Positions 20,179 to 40,350 of a stretch of 64,000 bases of DNA are shown piece by piece. The stretch's first letter is position 1; each line of letters begins with the position of its first letter. The translations under genes were made by a program, and so were the position numbers. The notes beneath the pieces were generated by a model. The model was given only the letters and a program-made list of their open reading frames with translations. It was not told the DNA's origin and searched no databases. Source of the DNA: the human T2T-CHM13v2.0 reference genome, Homo sapiens. The stretch lies in assembly GCF_009914755.1 (NCBI RefSeq), contig NC_060927.1, one strand, 5' to 3'.

Positions 20179-20883
20179 TGTTAGGGTAGATAGCTAGGCA
20201 GACATGAGCAGGGCAGGAGAGGCCCCTGCCCCAGGAATGTAAGGCAACCATCAGGTGTTCATCAGGTGATTGTTAAACCATCTCTAAAATAATAATTGGT
20301 CAGAGCTGGTGCCAGGGAAAAGTAGTCTCTCAATAGACAGAAAACACCTGAAGCTGATGATCAGCAGCTTCCTGATAAGATCTCAGGAGTTGGGCAAGTG
20401 GGCTCAAGCATGCACACTGAGAAGCAAAATGGCAAAGTTTAACTGGTATATGACCTTCATCTAGAAACACTTGACTGGTAAGGGAAAAATACCTCAAATG
20501 AGCATGTGCATAACTTCAGTAAACAGACTGTGCATGCAGCCCCTCCCAAGTTCTGGCAGGTCCCTGGGCATGTGGACAGCCCACCCTAAGGAAAAATCAA
20601 GGGAGAAGAAATGCAAACCCCAGAGCCATGCCAATGTATAAAACTCCAAGTCAAGGGTCAGAAGAGCAGGTACTTGGATCTCTCAAGTTGCCCATTTGGT
20701 CCTCTTCCAAGTGTACTTTACTTTCTTTTGTTCCTGGTCTAGTACTTTTTAATAAACGTTCATTCCTGCTTTAAAACTTGCCTCAGTCTCTTCCTCTGCC
20801 TTATGGCCCTTGGTCGAATTCTTTCCTCCGAGGAGGCAAGAATCAAGTTGCTGCAGACCCATATGAATTCACTACTGCTAACA
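20179..20883 (+). mobile_element. ERV1 solo LTR, MER50-like
   Basis: TG...CA termini (TGTTAGGGTAG...CTGCTAACA), GCTAGGCAGACATGAGCAGGGCAGGAGAGG, AATAAA at ~20751, 4-bp TSD AGAC/AGAT. Confidence 0.87.
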
Positions 20884-20947
20884 AGATGACAACATCCAGG
20901 GATAGAAAGGGAAACATATCTATATTGTTCTCTTTTCTTCCTTTCAT

Positions 20948-21263
<316 letters not shown>

Positions 21264-21889
21264 TAAAACAGTGAAAACCTTTCCAGAGGCTTCCCAACCA
21301 ATTTTCTTGTCTCATTGGCCAGAATTGTATCACGTGCCCTTGTTTAAACTACCCACTTAACAGCATTAAGACCTGCGGACTGGCTTAAATGAGAAAAGAT
21401 TCATTTCCTAGAACTGCCTAGGAGGGTAACCCTACAAAATAAAGGACATGGTCACTGAAAGGAGAGTGAACCAGACTGGAATTCTCTTTTTAATACAGTA
21501 GGCATGTGGAATTGCAGTTGGCTAGGAAACTAGCAGTATCTGCTATCCCTGGTGAGTGTGGGGAGACAAGAGGGAAAGCCGTTCTGCCACACGTCTGAGC
21601 TCACCGAATCATCATATAAACTTATGAAGTAGGTCCTTGTCCTGTTTCACAGATAAAAAATGAGGCATAAGACACACAGAGATCTATCTGACTCCAAAGT
21701 CCTGCTTGCTGCTCTTGGCCTGTCTGTGCCGCAACTACAATTACAGAATGGAACGTCAGAATCAATTTTTAAAAATCCTTTGGGGAAGGCAAAGGAGGAG
21801 GTGAATCCCCAGTTTCAGTTAATCAAGGATTAGCCCCGGTATAAATAGAATTTCCATGATCATATTGGCTGATCACTGAATTCCCTTAC

Positions 21890-21897
21890 TGACGTCA
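21890..21897. promoter_or_regulatory. Perfect CRE palindrome (TGACGTCA) in unique sequence
   Basis: Exact motif with CpG retained; function not shown. Confidence 0.3.
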
Positions 21898-22132
21898 GCC
21901 AAAGATCCCTTTATAACAAGGGACAGTGCCCACTTTGTGGGAGGAAAAAAGAGCAGGTGTGTTAATCTGCAACTTTATCCAGGACTAAATTTACCTTTAA
22001 AAGGAATGCAGGCAAGTTGTCTCTGAAGCAACTCTGTATTATTCCAGGGTCGAGGCAAAAATCCTCTGTGATTCTCTCCCCACCAATTTTCTTATTAGCC
22101 TCATCTCCATAAGAAAAATTTGCATCAATTTA

Positions 22133-22556
<424 letters not shown>

Positions 22557-22705
22557 TCAGGAGGCTCCGGGGCGGAAGAGAAAGTGCCCACCAATGGCTG
22601 AGCTGACCTCCAAGTTGAATCCCTCAGTCTGCATAGAGTGACTTGCTGCCCAATGCCAGACTGGGCACTTGATTTCAGACCTCTGGCCAGGTCATAAAGA
22701 AGCCC

Positions 22706-22830
22706 AGGTTGGCGCCACAGCTCATGCCGATAATTCCAGCACTTCGGGAGGCTGAGGTGGGAGGATTGCTCGAGCCTAGGAGTTTGAGACCAGCCTGGAT
22801 AACACAATGAAACCCCATCTCTATTTCATA
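22706..22830 (+). mobile_element. Alu monomer (FLAM)
   Basis: Single arm; TSD-like AAAGAAGCCC. Confidence 0.85.
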
Positions 22831-25609
22831 ACAAACAAAGAAGACAAAACACCAAAAGCAAAGAAGCCCTGACGCGGGTCCTGCCCATACCTACTAGGTG
22901 GCTTTACCGTTTCTCAAGGCCCTCCTAAGTACCAGGCACTGGGTTAAGCACATTACTTACATCATCACACATAGTTCTTACTCCCACCCTCAGAGGTAGG
23001 TGATTTTCCCACGGATCAGTAAACCAAAGCTCATGACAGCAATGTGTCCAAAGCCGTAAGGAGACGGCAGAGTTGGGATTTTATCTGAGGTCTGGTTGCA
23101 AGCATAAAGCTCGTAACTACTGTGCCCTACTTCCTCTGCTCACCTAAAGAACTCAACTATATTTTCAGGTCCCCATGAAACATCTACCAGGTGGATGTGA
23201 TATGACTCTCTCATAACAATTCAGAGAAATTAAAAAGATTTGCCCCAAGTGACACAGGTGGTAAATGGTGGAGCTGGGATTTGAACCTGAATCTGAGTAG
23301 CCTCACACCCAGAGCTGCCTCTGTCCATGAATAGCCTCCCCCATGAATTGCCTCGCTTAGTTTATGCTGCTGATCCCAGTATTCCCCGTGCCTGTGTGGC
23401 CTTCCACTTGGAGAGCCAGCTTCTTTATAACAGAGAATTAACACGTTTAAAAAGTCAGGACAGGGGAAGATTATGTTTGATATTATAAGCTGGTTTTCAG
23501 ATATAGATGTATATGAATTATTTTTCCCTCTCTCTGAAATAGCTTTGGGTTTTCTAAAGTAGTCTTCTGCTATTAAAAATGCCCCATCCATTTTCCCAAG
23601 GTCTCTTCAGGTCGGTATATTTAAAAAAAGAAAGACTTCAACTTGTCACTCAGCTCTCATTTTGTATGAATCATAGCAGGACTCAATGTGGGGAAACAGC
23701 CTTGTTCTAAGAACCAGTAATAGAAGCTGGGGTTTGTCACCTTCACGGCTGCATTTCAAATCCCACTTGGGTGTTTGTTTGGGGCCCATGTGATGGTACA
23801 CCCTTGACCCAGGGAGAACCGAGCAATTGGGCTGTGGCCACCTCAGTAGACAGGTGCCCAAGTCACAGAGGCAGCTGCCTCTGTGATCAAACCCTGGACA
23901 GAGGCCAAAGAGAAAGAATTGTTAGAGGAATGGCTCTTTCTCCCTTCTTAGATGATATTTCTTAGTCAGGGGTAATAAAATAATGACAACAATAATAACA
24001 GCAAGCAGCTAACAGTCATTAAACACTGCTGTAATTATTCTCAATAGTGTTGTTGCTATTGTCACTACATTAATTAACTAATTCAACCATCAAAATACCC
24101 TATTAGTAGCAATTATTGTTGTAACAAAATGTGGTGCTTAGAGATCAGACAAAGGTCTCTAAGCAGAGAGACCTAAGTTTGACTCTTACTGTTACCTCTT
24201 GCTGATCCTGTCGGTCTGGGAAGTTACTCAAGTTAGGCCTCAGTTTTTCTCATCTGTAAAATGGAGACAATAAAATTATCTGTTCCATAGAGTTGTTGGG
24301 AGTAGGATTAGGTAGAATCGTGTATATAGTTCTTGGCTCAGAGTGACGGCTCAATGACTGGAAGTTGATATGTGGCCTAATGGTTAGGATAAAAAAAAAA
24401 TTGGAAGTGATCATTAGTTATTGCAAGTAAAGTGCTGGCAAACTCAAATAGGCCCTACTGCCATTTCTGTACCTTCAAGAACAGCTAGCTTTCTAGAGCC
24501 AACCATTCTCTCTCTAAGCACCTAAAAGAATCTGAACTTCCCATGAATGATGATGTGGAAGGAAAAAGAATGAAATAATCTCTAGAAACAAACTATGGTT
24601 TCTTGCCCATGAACCAGAAAACGGTACTCAGCTATCTTATTTGGTAGATTTTAGCTCAGCAGGGTTTTGCGTGGTGGTGGTGGTGGTGGTGGTGAGGGTG
24701 AGGTGGTCTGGAACACAGGAGGTAGGGAGGAATCTGTTTTTTGGCTTCCATTTCTGCCTTGGATTTAGTACCAAATGTATTTTCTCACCAGCAAGATCAA
24801 ACAGATGGAAAAAAATAGTCAGACCTGTGCCCGACATGGCTCATGACATCCTGCTGGATGGCACGGAGGAGGAGAAAATAAATCAAAGTAGTTGCTACCA
24901 CAGCCATTCGCATCTTAGAGGAGAGGACAACATAAATCTTTTCTGTGAGCTAGGCCCTGAAATAGGGTGAGAAATTGCTGCAAAATGAATATTCAGTCAG
25001 GAATGTTGGTGGCCTGGTTTTCTTAAGAGTGGAGCTTGTTTATGGATCCGATTATCTTTTAGGACAAACCCAGTAAACCCTGCTGTGAAGTTGTGGGCTC
25101 CTTCTCCCTTCCCATCCATGTTCCTTTCTATTAACACTCACTGAGGGCTAACCCTGTGCCAGGCACAGAGCTACACCCCTGAGGATATGGGGTCATGGAT
25201 TTGACATAGTGCCTGCCCTCAAGAATGTACAGACTAGGGGAAGAGATGGACACTGAACAAATTATTACCCCAACAACCACAGTGAGAGATGCCAAGAAGG
25301 AGGCACCTCCAACAGAGCAGTATAAGAGTGAGTGAAGGCCACCCCGCCTAGTCTGGGGGTTCATGGACAACTTCTCCGAGGAAATGATATTTGAGCCAAG
25401 ACCTGAAGGGTGAGCAGAAATTAGCCAGGCAAAGAATGTGTGGTGGGGACGTGGGTGGGGAAGCTTAGCATTTTTGAGAAATAAGGAAATGGCCAGTGTG
25501 GCTGAAGCTCTGAACGCAAAGGGGAGAGTGATGTGGTGTGGGGCTGCAGAGGTGGCCAGGAGCCAAGGCTGGCCTAATTTCCTCTCACTTTGTGTGTCTC
25601 CTCTTTAAT

Positions 25610-25896
25610 TCTTTTTTTTTTTTTTTTTTGAGACAGAGTCTCACTCTATTGCCCAGCTGGAGTGCAGTGGCTCAATCTCAGCTCACTGCAACCTCCTCCT
25701 TGGTTCAAGCAACTCTGCCCGTGTAGCTGGAATTACAGGCGTGTGCCACGATGCCCAGCTGATTTTTGTATTTTTAGTAGAGACGGGGTTTCATCAAGTT
25801 GGTCAGGCTGGTCTCGAACTCCTGACCTCAAGTAATCCACCCACCTCAGCCTCCCAAAGTGCTGGGATTACAGGTGTGAGCCATGGCACCCATCCT
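25610..25896 (-). mobile_element. Alu with internal deletion
   Basis: Alu reverse complement; TSD-like CTCTTTAATTCTT. Confidence 0.92.
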
Positions 25897-26535
25897 GCTT
25901 CTCTTTAATTCTTATTTGTCCAATTCTTAGAGGGGAGGAAGCAGGCCTGCCCTACCTGTCATGGGGCCGCAGGTTTTCATGTCAATGGAGTGCTCCCATG
26001 GGAGTGCTCCTGAGCCCTCCTCCCAGGGATTTCTGGTGCCCGGGAGCACTCTGTCTCCTTTGGTCTCTTCTAACCATTGCTGGGGCTGCGTGGCTTTCTC
26101 CCAGGGGCTCAGCTGCACTCCCACGTGCTGATCCCAGTGCTTCCTTGCTCAGAGATTTCAGAAGCCTTGGTTCAGTTACTCTGGTGATCTGACTTCCTCT
26201 TCTTGCAACTAGCACTGCCTGTGATCTTGTGTCCCAGTAAAAAAACCAAGTCCCCTCTTCCTACCTCAGCTCCAGTAACAGGCTCCCCCTCTTGTTTTCG
26301 TTCACAGTAGTGAGAACGGCTACTTGCCATAGGTCCCTTCTTCATCAGTTCATTCAACTAAAGTTGATTGTGTGACTTGGTGTCAAGTACTTACGGGTAC
26401 AAAGGTGAGCAAAGCTGGAGAGGACCCTGCCCCTGAGCGGCTTACAGGTCACCCATGCTAAGCACTTTCCCTGTGATCTCACTAAAATTTTGCAACAACT
26501 GTACTCAATATGGGCTGTTATTTGTGCCCATTTTA

Positions 26536-27120
<585 letters not shown>

Positions 27121-27617
27121 CCAAAACTTAAGTTCTTAACGAGTGCTCACTGTCTCCTCCACCCATCTCTTTGTCTGTGAATTTCTGGAAGTATCCTGAG
27201 ACTGTGATTCTTCTATAACTGGGGCCTTGTCTTGGGAGTGGAACCCTGCTCTATACCCCTTCCTCTTCTGTGGCTACAGCTCACCTTCCTGTTCTTACAT
27301 ACCCTGTTGTGTCCTGCAGGGCCTCTCCGTCCCACTCATCTCTTTGCCTAGTTTCTTCCTTTTACAACCTATTTCCTTAGCACTGTGTGCTCTTTGGAGC
27401 TGGAGTTTCACCGGGTGCCTGAGGCTCAGCCTATAGCTCAAAGGGGCAGTTGTTTTTTTCTTTCCTGGAGGTATCTGCAAGTCTTCACAGTCCACTCCAC
27501 TCGCCTGCTGCTAACCCTTTGATTCCAAGCTGAGTGATAGGGTATGTGGTAGGGATTGTGGTAACCCAAGGAACTATTGAAAGACCTGAAGTTCTCCTAC
27601 AACTTATGACTTCAAGG

Positions 27618-28430
27618 AAGTGTTTCTCAAAGAGGGTGGTACCATCCTTAGGGGATGTTTACTTGTGAGGGTACTTTTGGTTGTCACAGGATTGTAGGGG
27701 TGTGGCGGTGGAGATGGGGAAGTCTGATGTCCTATTTGCTTTGAGGGCCAGTGAGAAACTGGCTTATGGGGCAAAAACGGACTTGTATCCCCCAAGATTT
27801 GTAATGTCCTACCAGACATTGTGCAAGTAAAAAACATTTTTCATTCTCTGAACCTAGATCCTAACTCTTTTTTTTTTCATATAAACACAAACACCAAACT
27901 TCCCAGGAATGCTGCTACTGTGGAAATAGAAGGAAGGCCCTCGGACTTCACCATGACTTGTTTGCCATTTTGGAAAATGATGTCATTGACAGCAGCACCA
28001 CCCTTGGAATCTGAGCCGATAGTGCCATGCAATTGTACCAGTCGTCACTTACAGCTATTTCATTCATGGAGACTTTAGGTATGCCTAATTGACCATTATT
28101 TTGAAATAGCAGATTTAAAGTAAAAGGGTCAGCAGTATTTTTTGAATATTGTCTCACTACTCTGAAATTCAGATGCACTTATTTAAAGTAGATGGCAAAC
28201 ATCTGACTACTTCACCATCTTCCTGTACGGTCAGAGTCATGCTTGAAGATTTTCATACTGAAATACATGTTGTTGTACTATAAGTTATTTTCATTTATTT
28301 CTCCTTCATATGACAGCCAGGACTTTATATTTATTTTTAGATATTATGTGTATCAGTAGATTTTACTATCTATCAGGTTCAATTCAGGGTAGCAAAGGCA
28401 ATGCTACAAAAACATTTCTCTTAAGAAATT
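27618..28430 (+). mobile_element. hAT-Charlie DNA transposon, MER20B-like
   Basis: GTGTTTCTCAAAG..., TTTTGGTTGTCACA, ATATAAACACAAA, CATCTGACTACTTCA match the recalled MER20B consensus. Confidence 0.75.
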
Positions 28431-28789
<359 letters not shown>

Positions 28790-29832
28790 TTACTCTTCTT
28801 TGCAGACATTTGTGCAGGTAAAAAACTTATTTTTTGAACCTAGATCCTAACACTTTTTTCAATATAAACACAAACATCAAGCACTACTGTCGCCACTGCA
28901 CTCCAGCCTGGGCGACAGAGCGAGACTTTGTCTAAAAAACAAACAAACAAACAAAAAAAGAACTTGAAGCCATATTTTTTTTGGTGCTGGAATTTATACA
29001 CGAAAATACAGGACGATCCCATCAAAGCTTGCTTGGCAATCCATGTGGAAGCATGGAGACCAAATCAGAGGCATTGCCAGTGTCCAGGCAGGAGAGGATG
29101 GCAGCTTGGATGACGGAGGTGCTGTGGAGATGGGGAGAAATAAGTGGATTTAAGATGTCTTGTGGAGGTAGAACCGATAGGATTTGCTGATGGAGTGATG
29201 CATGCGTGTGTGTGTGCGCATGTGTGTGTGTGTGTCTGTGTTACAATGGGATCACTAAAGCGTCACACCTAGGATTCATGCCTGAGAAACTATGTGGAGG
29301 GTAATCCTATTTATAGAAATACGGAAGATGGCAAAGAACAAATTTGGCAGGCAGAGGGGTCAGGGAAGTGAGAGTTCCTTTTTGGTTAAATTCCTTCTGA
29401 AAAGCATATTTGACACTTAAGTGGGGTGTCAAGTAGGCAGTTGTAGTTCCAGGGATGAGTTTAGTCTGGAGGTGTATTAATATATTTCAAAGTAATCAAC
29501 ATATAGGTATATTTAAAGCCGTGGGAGCAGACATTGGATGGTGGCTGTATTTTCCAGTTTTTAAACACCTTTATTGCAAAGGTTTTTGAGCGATGAGAAA
29601 AAGAACTTAAAGAAAGGAAAGGGAGAGAAAGAATGCACCAGTCTATATTACACATAGTCTACGTCTTGCAACAAAACAAGTTTTTGGTGTCTGCAAGCAG
29701 CTCTTAGCAGAGCCTTGAGTACATGTCTATGAGATACGGGGCATGCACACCACCTGCTGGTCATTTCTTCGCATTTTCTAACACACCCTTCAGGGCAGAA
29801 AGAAGTTTCTAGTTTGTCAAAAGTATGAACTG

Positions 29833-30177
<345 letters not shown>

Positions 30178-30906
30178 TCAGTAGAACATTCTGCCTGCAC
30201 CCCTCCACCCATCACTAAATTTTTCATTAATCTACTGCTGTGAATTCAAAAGGGAAAACAGGGAATATGCATTAGTAGCACAGGTCTGGCTGTCTTAGAA
30301 ACATTCTGTTTGGAATGAATCAGACAATGTGGTGTTTTGTATTTTCCCCCTCTCTCTGAGATGGGAGACTGTATCAGCTTATGAGAAGAAAGTCATCCCA
30401 GTCAATGAATAATCAAAGGCAAAGCCAACCAGATGATAAATCTTGGCCTTCATCCTGAGAAGCCACCCACTAAGCAAAGTTGAATAAATCTGTTCAGGCT
30501 TAGCATATTTTTCAGGGCAATTGGTTGCAGTTTTCTCAGACTCTTTGATTGGCTAACCTTATCTTGGGCCAATTCCAAGCTAATAAAACAGAGAATGAAG
30601 TAAGTTCTGATTGTGGCTTAAGTTTCAGGGAGGAGACCATAGCATTAGCTTTGACAGTATTGGGAACAGAGAAAAATGTTTGTTCATGCCTTTCTATCCT
30701 GAATGCTGAGAACATCTGGGCTTCTGTTATTTTCCCAGATGGTTCCCTTCTCCTTGGAGAGGGCTACAGGTGACTTAGAGAGCACATCACAAAATATCGT
30801 GTAATTAAACTAATTATGGCTCTGTCAACGCAGGATATTAGCATTTCAAATTATGGGATTAGGAAGCTGTGAAGATGGACAAGAGACACTCTCTGGAAAT
30901 GGTTAA

Positions 30907-31315
<409 letters not shown>

Positions 31316-31537
31316 TAACATCTCTGAGCCTCTGTAAAATGGACATAATGCTACCCACCTCAACAGATTGTTATGAAGCAAAATAAGAAAATGCCTGTAA
31401 AGAACCAAGCACAGTGCCTGGTATGTCATGAGGACTCAAAAAAAAAAAAATAGTGTCTAGTGTTTAGTTCTTTAGTGCAGTATAGCTATGCTCCTGAAAG
31501 AAAAAGTCCATGACATAGACTTTTTGTGTCCCCCCAC

Positions 31538-31894
31538 TGTTATAGATTGCATTGTGTCCCCCCCCGACACCGCCAGTTCATATGTCAAAGTTCTAACTCC
31601 CAGTACCTCAGAATATATTTGGAGATAGGGTCTTTATGGTGGTAATTAAGTTAAAATGAGGTCATTATGATTAATCAGCGTTATTTCAATATGAGCTGTG
31701 TCCTTACAGTAAGAGGAAATTCAGCCACAGATACAGAAGGAAGACCATGTGACGACAAGGAAAAGACAGCTAGTTATCTGCAAGCCAAGGAGAGAGACCT
31801 CAGAAAAAAACCAACCCTGAAACTGTGAGAAGTACGTTCTGTTAAGCCGCCCAGTCCATGGCACTTTGCTGTGGCAGCCCTAGAATACTCGCAC
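31538..31894 (+). mobile_element. MaLR LTR, MLT1A/B-like
   Basis: TGTTATAGATTGCATTGTGTCCCC...TTCATATGTCAAAGTTCTAACTCCCAGTACCTCAGAAT...GGCAGCCCTAG. Confidence 0.85.
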
Positions 31895-32309
31895 ATCCAG
31901 CCTGCCTGGTACTCAGACATTCATTTTTCTGCAAGTATTTTTTATGTCATCTTCCAGATCGTGAAGATATATGAGTGAATACACAGTTTCCATGCTCACG
32001 CAATATATGTTCTCATCAAACACACAAATAAGATAATTCCGATTGACAGTGCGAAGGCCCCAGGGTATATGTGAACTTGGAGGGTTGAAATAACAGAATG
32101 GAAACCTGTGTTGATGGAGTAGGTTGAGTGAGGGAGAGGGAATATGAGCTAAGGCTGGGGAGACCAGCAGTGTAGACCCAAGTCACCAACCACATGTTTT
32201 TTTATGCTTGTTTGATTTACGGAAAGCCATAACTAGAACTCAATTCTGCTAACTCTCTGGCCACCAACGTTCTCAGAAATGCCATTGTGATTCTTGCTAA
32301 GTGGATCTA

Positions 32310-33058
<749 letters not shown>

Positions 33059-33155
33059 ATGTCCCTACTGAAAATTGAGCATGGATGAACCAGCAAACTC
33101 AAGAGATCTTCCAGGCAGCCCAGTGGGAGAATGGCCACATACCAGGCAACTATGA

Positions 33156-33475
<320 letters not shown>

Positions 33476-34065
33476 GAAACAGGACTTTTAGAGGAGTTTA
33501 TGACTCCTCTGGGAATGCTCGCCATACCCACAATCCCTTCAGAGTTGTCCCTTTTGCAGGGGCTGCCACAGGACCCTGCAGCTGGGGCTCCAGCTGGTTA
33601 GACCAGGGATGAGAACTTGTCTCAAAAGCAGTGGCCTCTAGGTCAGCCAGTAGCCCAGAAGGGAGCCTTTTGCAAGTGCTTTGTCTAATGGAGGATGTCT
33701 GTTCACCTCTCCAGACTCTACCCTTGCTTTCTAGCCACACCGGCTCCGGCAGCTTTTCTTTCCCTAAGACATTTCACAGGCTATGGTCTCTACCTGGAAC
33801 AATCTACATTCTCCTCATCCTCACACCTCTTCTCCATTTGCCCAGTGCATGGCTATGTATCCTTTTGATCTCTGTTGGAAAGTCACTTCATTAAGGAACC
33901 AATCCCTTGCCACTGTCTGACTTGATGCTCTTTGTAGTTTTCCTTCGCAGCGCTTGCCCCAGTTTGTAAACCTCTATGAGTGACTGTTATTTCGTGTCTG
34001 CACACTGCACTAGGTTGCAGGCAACTTGGGAGTCAGATCTGCCGCAGTTTTACTCCCCATTATAC

Positions 34066-35246
<1,181 letters not shown>

Positions 35247-35380
35247 AGTCCTAGCTCCCAGCACCATGCCTGGAACACAGGGAGCACCTAATAGTACTTA
35301 TTGAGTAACTAACAGGGATTTTCTTATTGAATAGTGGCTGAATGAGCCAAATCAGATCTTTCTTTAAATTAGAAAAATGA

Positions 35381-35660
35381 GGCTGGGCGTGGTGGCTCAC
35401 GCCTGTAACCCCAGTACTTTGGGAGGCCAAGATGGGCAGATTGCTTGAGCTCAGGAGTTTGAGACCAGCCTCGGCAACAGGGAGGAATCCGGTATCTACA
35501 AAAAACGCAAAAGTTAGCCAGGCGTGGTGATGCGCACCTGTAGTCTCAGCTACTCGGGAGGCTGAGGTGGATGGCTTGAGCCTGGGAGGTGGGGGTTGCA
35601 GTGAGCTTGGATTGTGCTACTGCACTTCAGCCTGGGCAATAGAGCCACACTTTGTCTCAG
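35381..35660 (+). mobile_element. Alu (AluJ-like)
   Basis: Full Alu whose tail is a GATA repeat. Confidence 0.92.
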
Positions 35661-35682
35661 ATAGACAGACAGATAGATAGAT

Positions 35683-35737
<55 letters not shown>
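35660..35737. repeat. (GATA)n tetranucleotide STR
   Basis: GATA/GACA compound run. Confidence 0.97.
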
Positions 35738-35830
35738 GAAAAATGTTGAGAACAAACGTAAGACAAATAAATAAATAAATGAGAAAAATGTGCAGAGAGA
35801 GCACCGGAGTTGATGAGAATTAGGGTGGAG

Positions 35831-37163
<1,333 letters not shown>

Positions 37164-37528
37164 CTATCTTTCTCCATCTCTTGGTCCTTCTCCCCTCAGT
37201 GTTGGATTCATACTCAGGCAGGCACTCCATGGCTATCAGCAGCTCCAGATTTACCTCCTACTTGCTTAGCAAACGCCACCCATTTGTCCAGCAAAAAATG
37301 TGCTGGAAAAACACAATGGTTCCAGCAAAAGCCCAGAGTGGACTCTCATTGGCATGATTCCCATCACATTTCCATCCCTAATCCAACCACTGACTCCAAT
37401 TCGCCAGGTCTTGGTCTTTTGTTCATCTCTGGAATGGTGAGTTCTGTGAAGTCCATCTCAAATGAACCACATGGACTGAGAGGGGTGGCTTAACAGAGGA
37501 AAACTGTTACCATGAGAAGGAAAAATGG

Positions 37529-37804
37529 GGCTGGTATGGTGGTTCACGCTTGTAATCCCAGCACCTTGGGAGGCTAAGGCATGAGGATCTCTTGAGCTCA
37601 GGAGTTTGAGATCAGCCTGGGCAACATAGCAAGGCCCTACCTTTATAAAAAAAAATTTAACAAAATTAGCCAGGCATAGTGGTACACGCATGTATTCCCA
37701 GCCACTTGGGAGGCTGAGGTGGGATGTTGAGGCTGCAGTGAGCCATGATTGTGTGCCTGGGTGACAGAGCAAGACCCTGTCTCTTTAAAAAAAAAAAAAA
37801 AAAA
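37529..37804 (+). mobile_element. Alu (AluJ-like, internally deleted)
   Basis: Alu consensus with right-arm gaps. Confidence 0.9.
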
Positions 37805-38852
37805 GGGGAGAAGGGATGGGAAACGGGCAAGCAACATTTATCACCTGGGGAGGATATGAGTAGAAAGCTGAGGAACCTAGAATATTAAGTTATCTTAAAA
37901 TAACCAGACTTTAAGGGTTCAAGTTCCAGAATAAATATCCCATGTCCTCTCTTTTCTCTTCTCCCTAATCTTTCCTCTCATCTGCACCACCATCTGGAAT
38001 ATCTGTTGGAGGGAGCACGTTAGAAAATAGGAGAACAGACAAAGGCGAGGGAGTATCAGTGAAAGCCAGGCTCAGTAATACATGTTGGGACAGGATTGAT
38101 TGAGGGGAGGTATTTCAGGGCCTCCTGTTCCTGTCCCGCCGTGGAGAATGGGTAGTTGTGTCTCTGCACTGATTGATGTTAGCCTCTTGAGCATGGTTGC
38201 GGTACTCATTGGAAGCCCCACGTTTTGCTCCCTCCTAACTGCTTCTTCACTCCCCCTGGTGCTCTCTTGCTGCACTCCTGCATGGACTGGATCAAGTCTG
38301 ATGCTCTGACCCCAAACAATATCTATACTGAGTCCCATTCCCTCAAACCTCTGCTCTGCACACGGGAACATTAAGCAAGAGCAAGGTTACCCTCAAAGAG
38401 TTAGGCCAATATTGGAGTTTGGAAGGAAAACTTGCGGCTGAGGGCCCTTGAGTATCCCTCAAATACAACCATAGAAGAAATTGTCTTTTATTGCCCCAAA
38501 GCAGAAAGCTCCCCATGGAGAAACTCATCCTCAACAAGGACCACCCTTGCCCTCTGTCTTTCCGTGGAGCAGGCCTTCATTGTGGACTTCTACAAGTGAA
38601 AGAAAGACTAGACTTGCTCTATGTGGACACAAGGCAGGGTGGGAAAAAAACCAGGGAGATAGATTTGACTTAGTAAGAAGGAAAATGTTCAATAGAGATG
38701 TCCAAAGCTGGAAGGGCTGCCTCAGCTGTGTGATTTGGGGGAAAGAGTCACTTATATACTCACTCATGACCTCATTTTCTTCAAGGTGATCAGTCTTGGG
38801 GGTGCTGAAAATCAGCATACAATATAAACACTAGATGAATTCTTTACTCCTA

Positions 38853-38980
38853 GCTGGGTACAGTGGCTCACACCTGTACACCCAGCACCTTGGGAGGCTG
38901 AGGTGGGAGGATCACTTGAGGCTAGGAATTTAACACTAGCCTGGGAAACAGTAAGGCCCATCTTTACAGATTTTTTAAAA
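38853..38980 (+). mobile_element. Alu monomer
   Basis: Left arm only. Confidence 0.85.
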
Positions 38981-39124
38981 AATTTTTTACCCTGAAGGGT
39001 GCTTCCTTCCTTTTTCTGTCAGTGTCAACACTTTATTTTGGTGTAAACACAGGAATCTGGAACATACATTGTATTTGAAATTTTCCTGGTTCCTGAGCTA
39101 ATCTGTTTAAATTCAAATACTTAA

Positions 39125-40350
<1,226 letters not shown>

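Noticed and set aside
38072-38371. Overlapping ORFs in unique sequence
   Set aside because: No recognisable protein family or exon boundaries; cannot support as coding.
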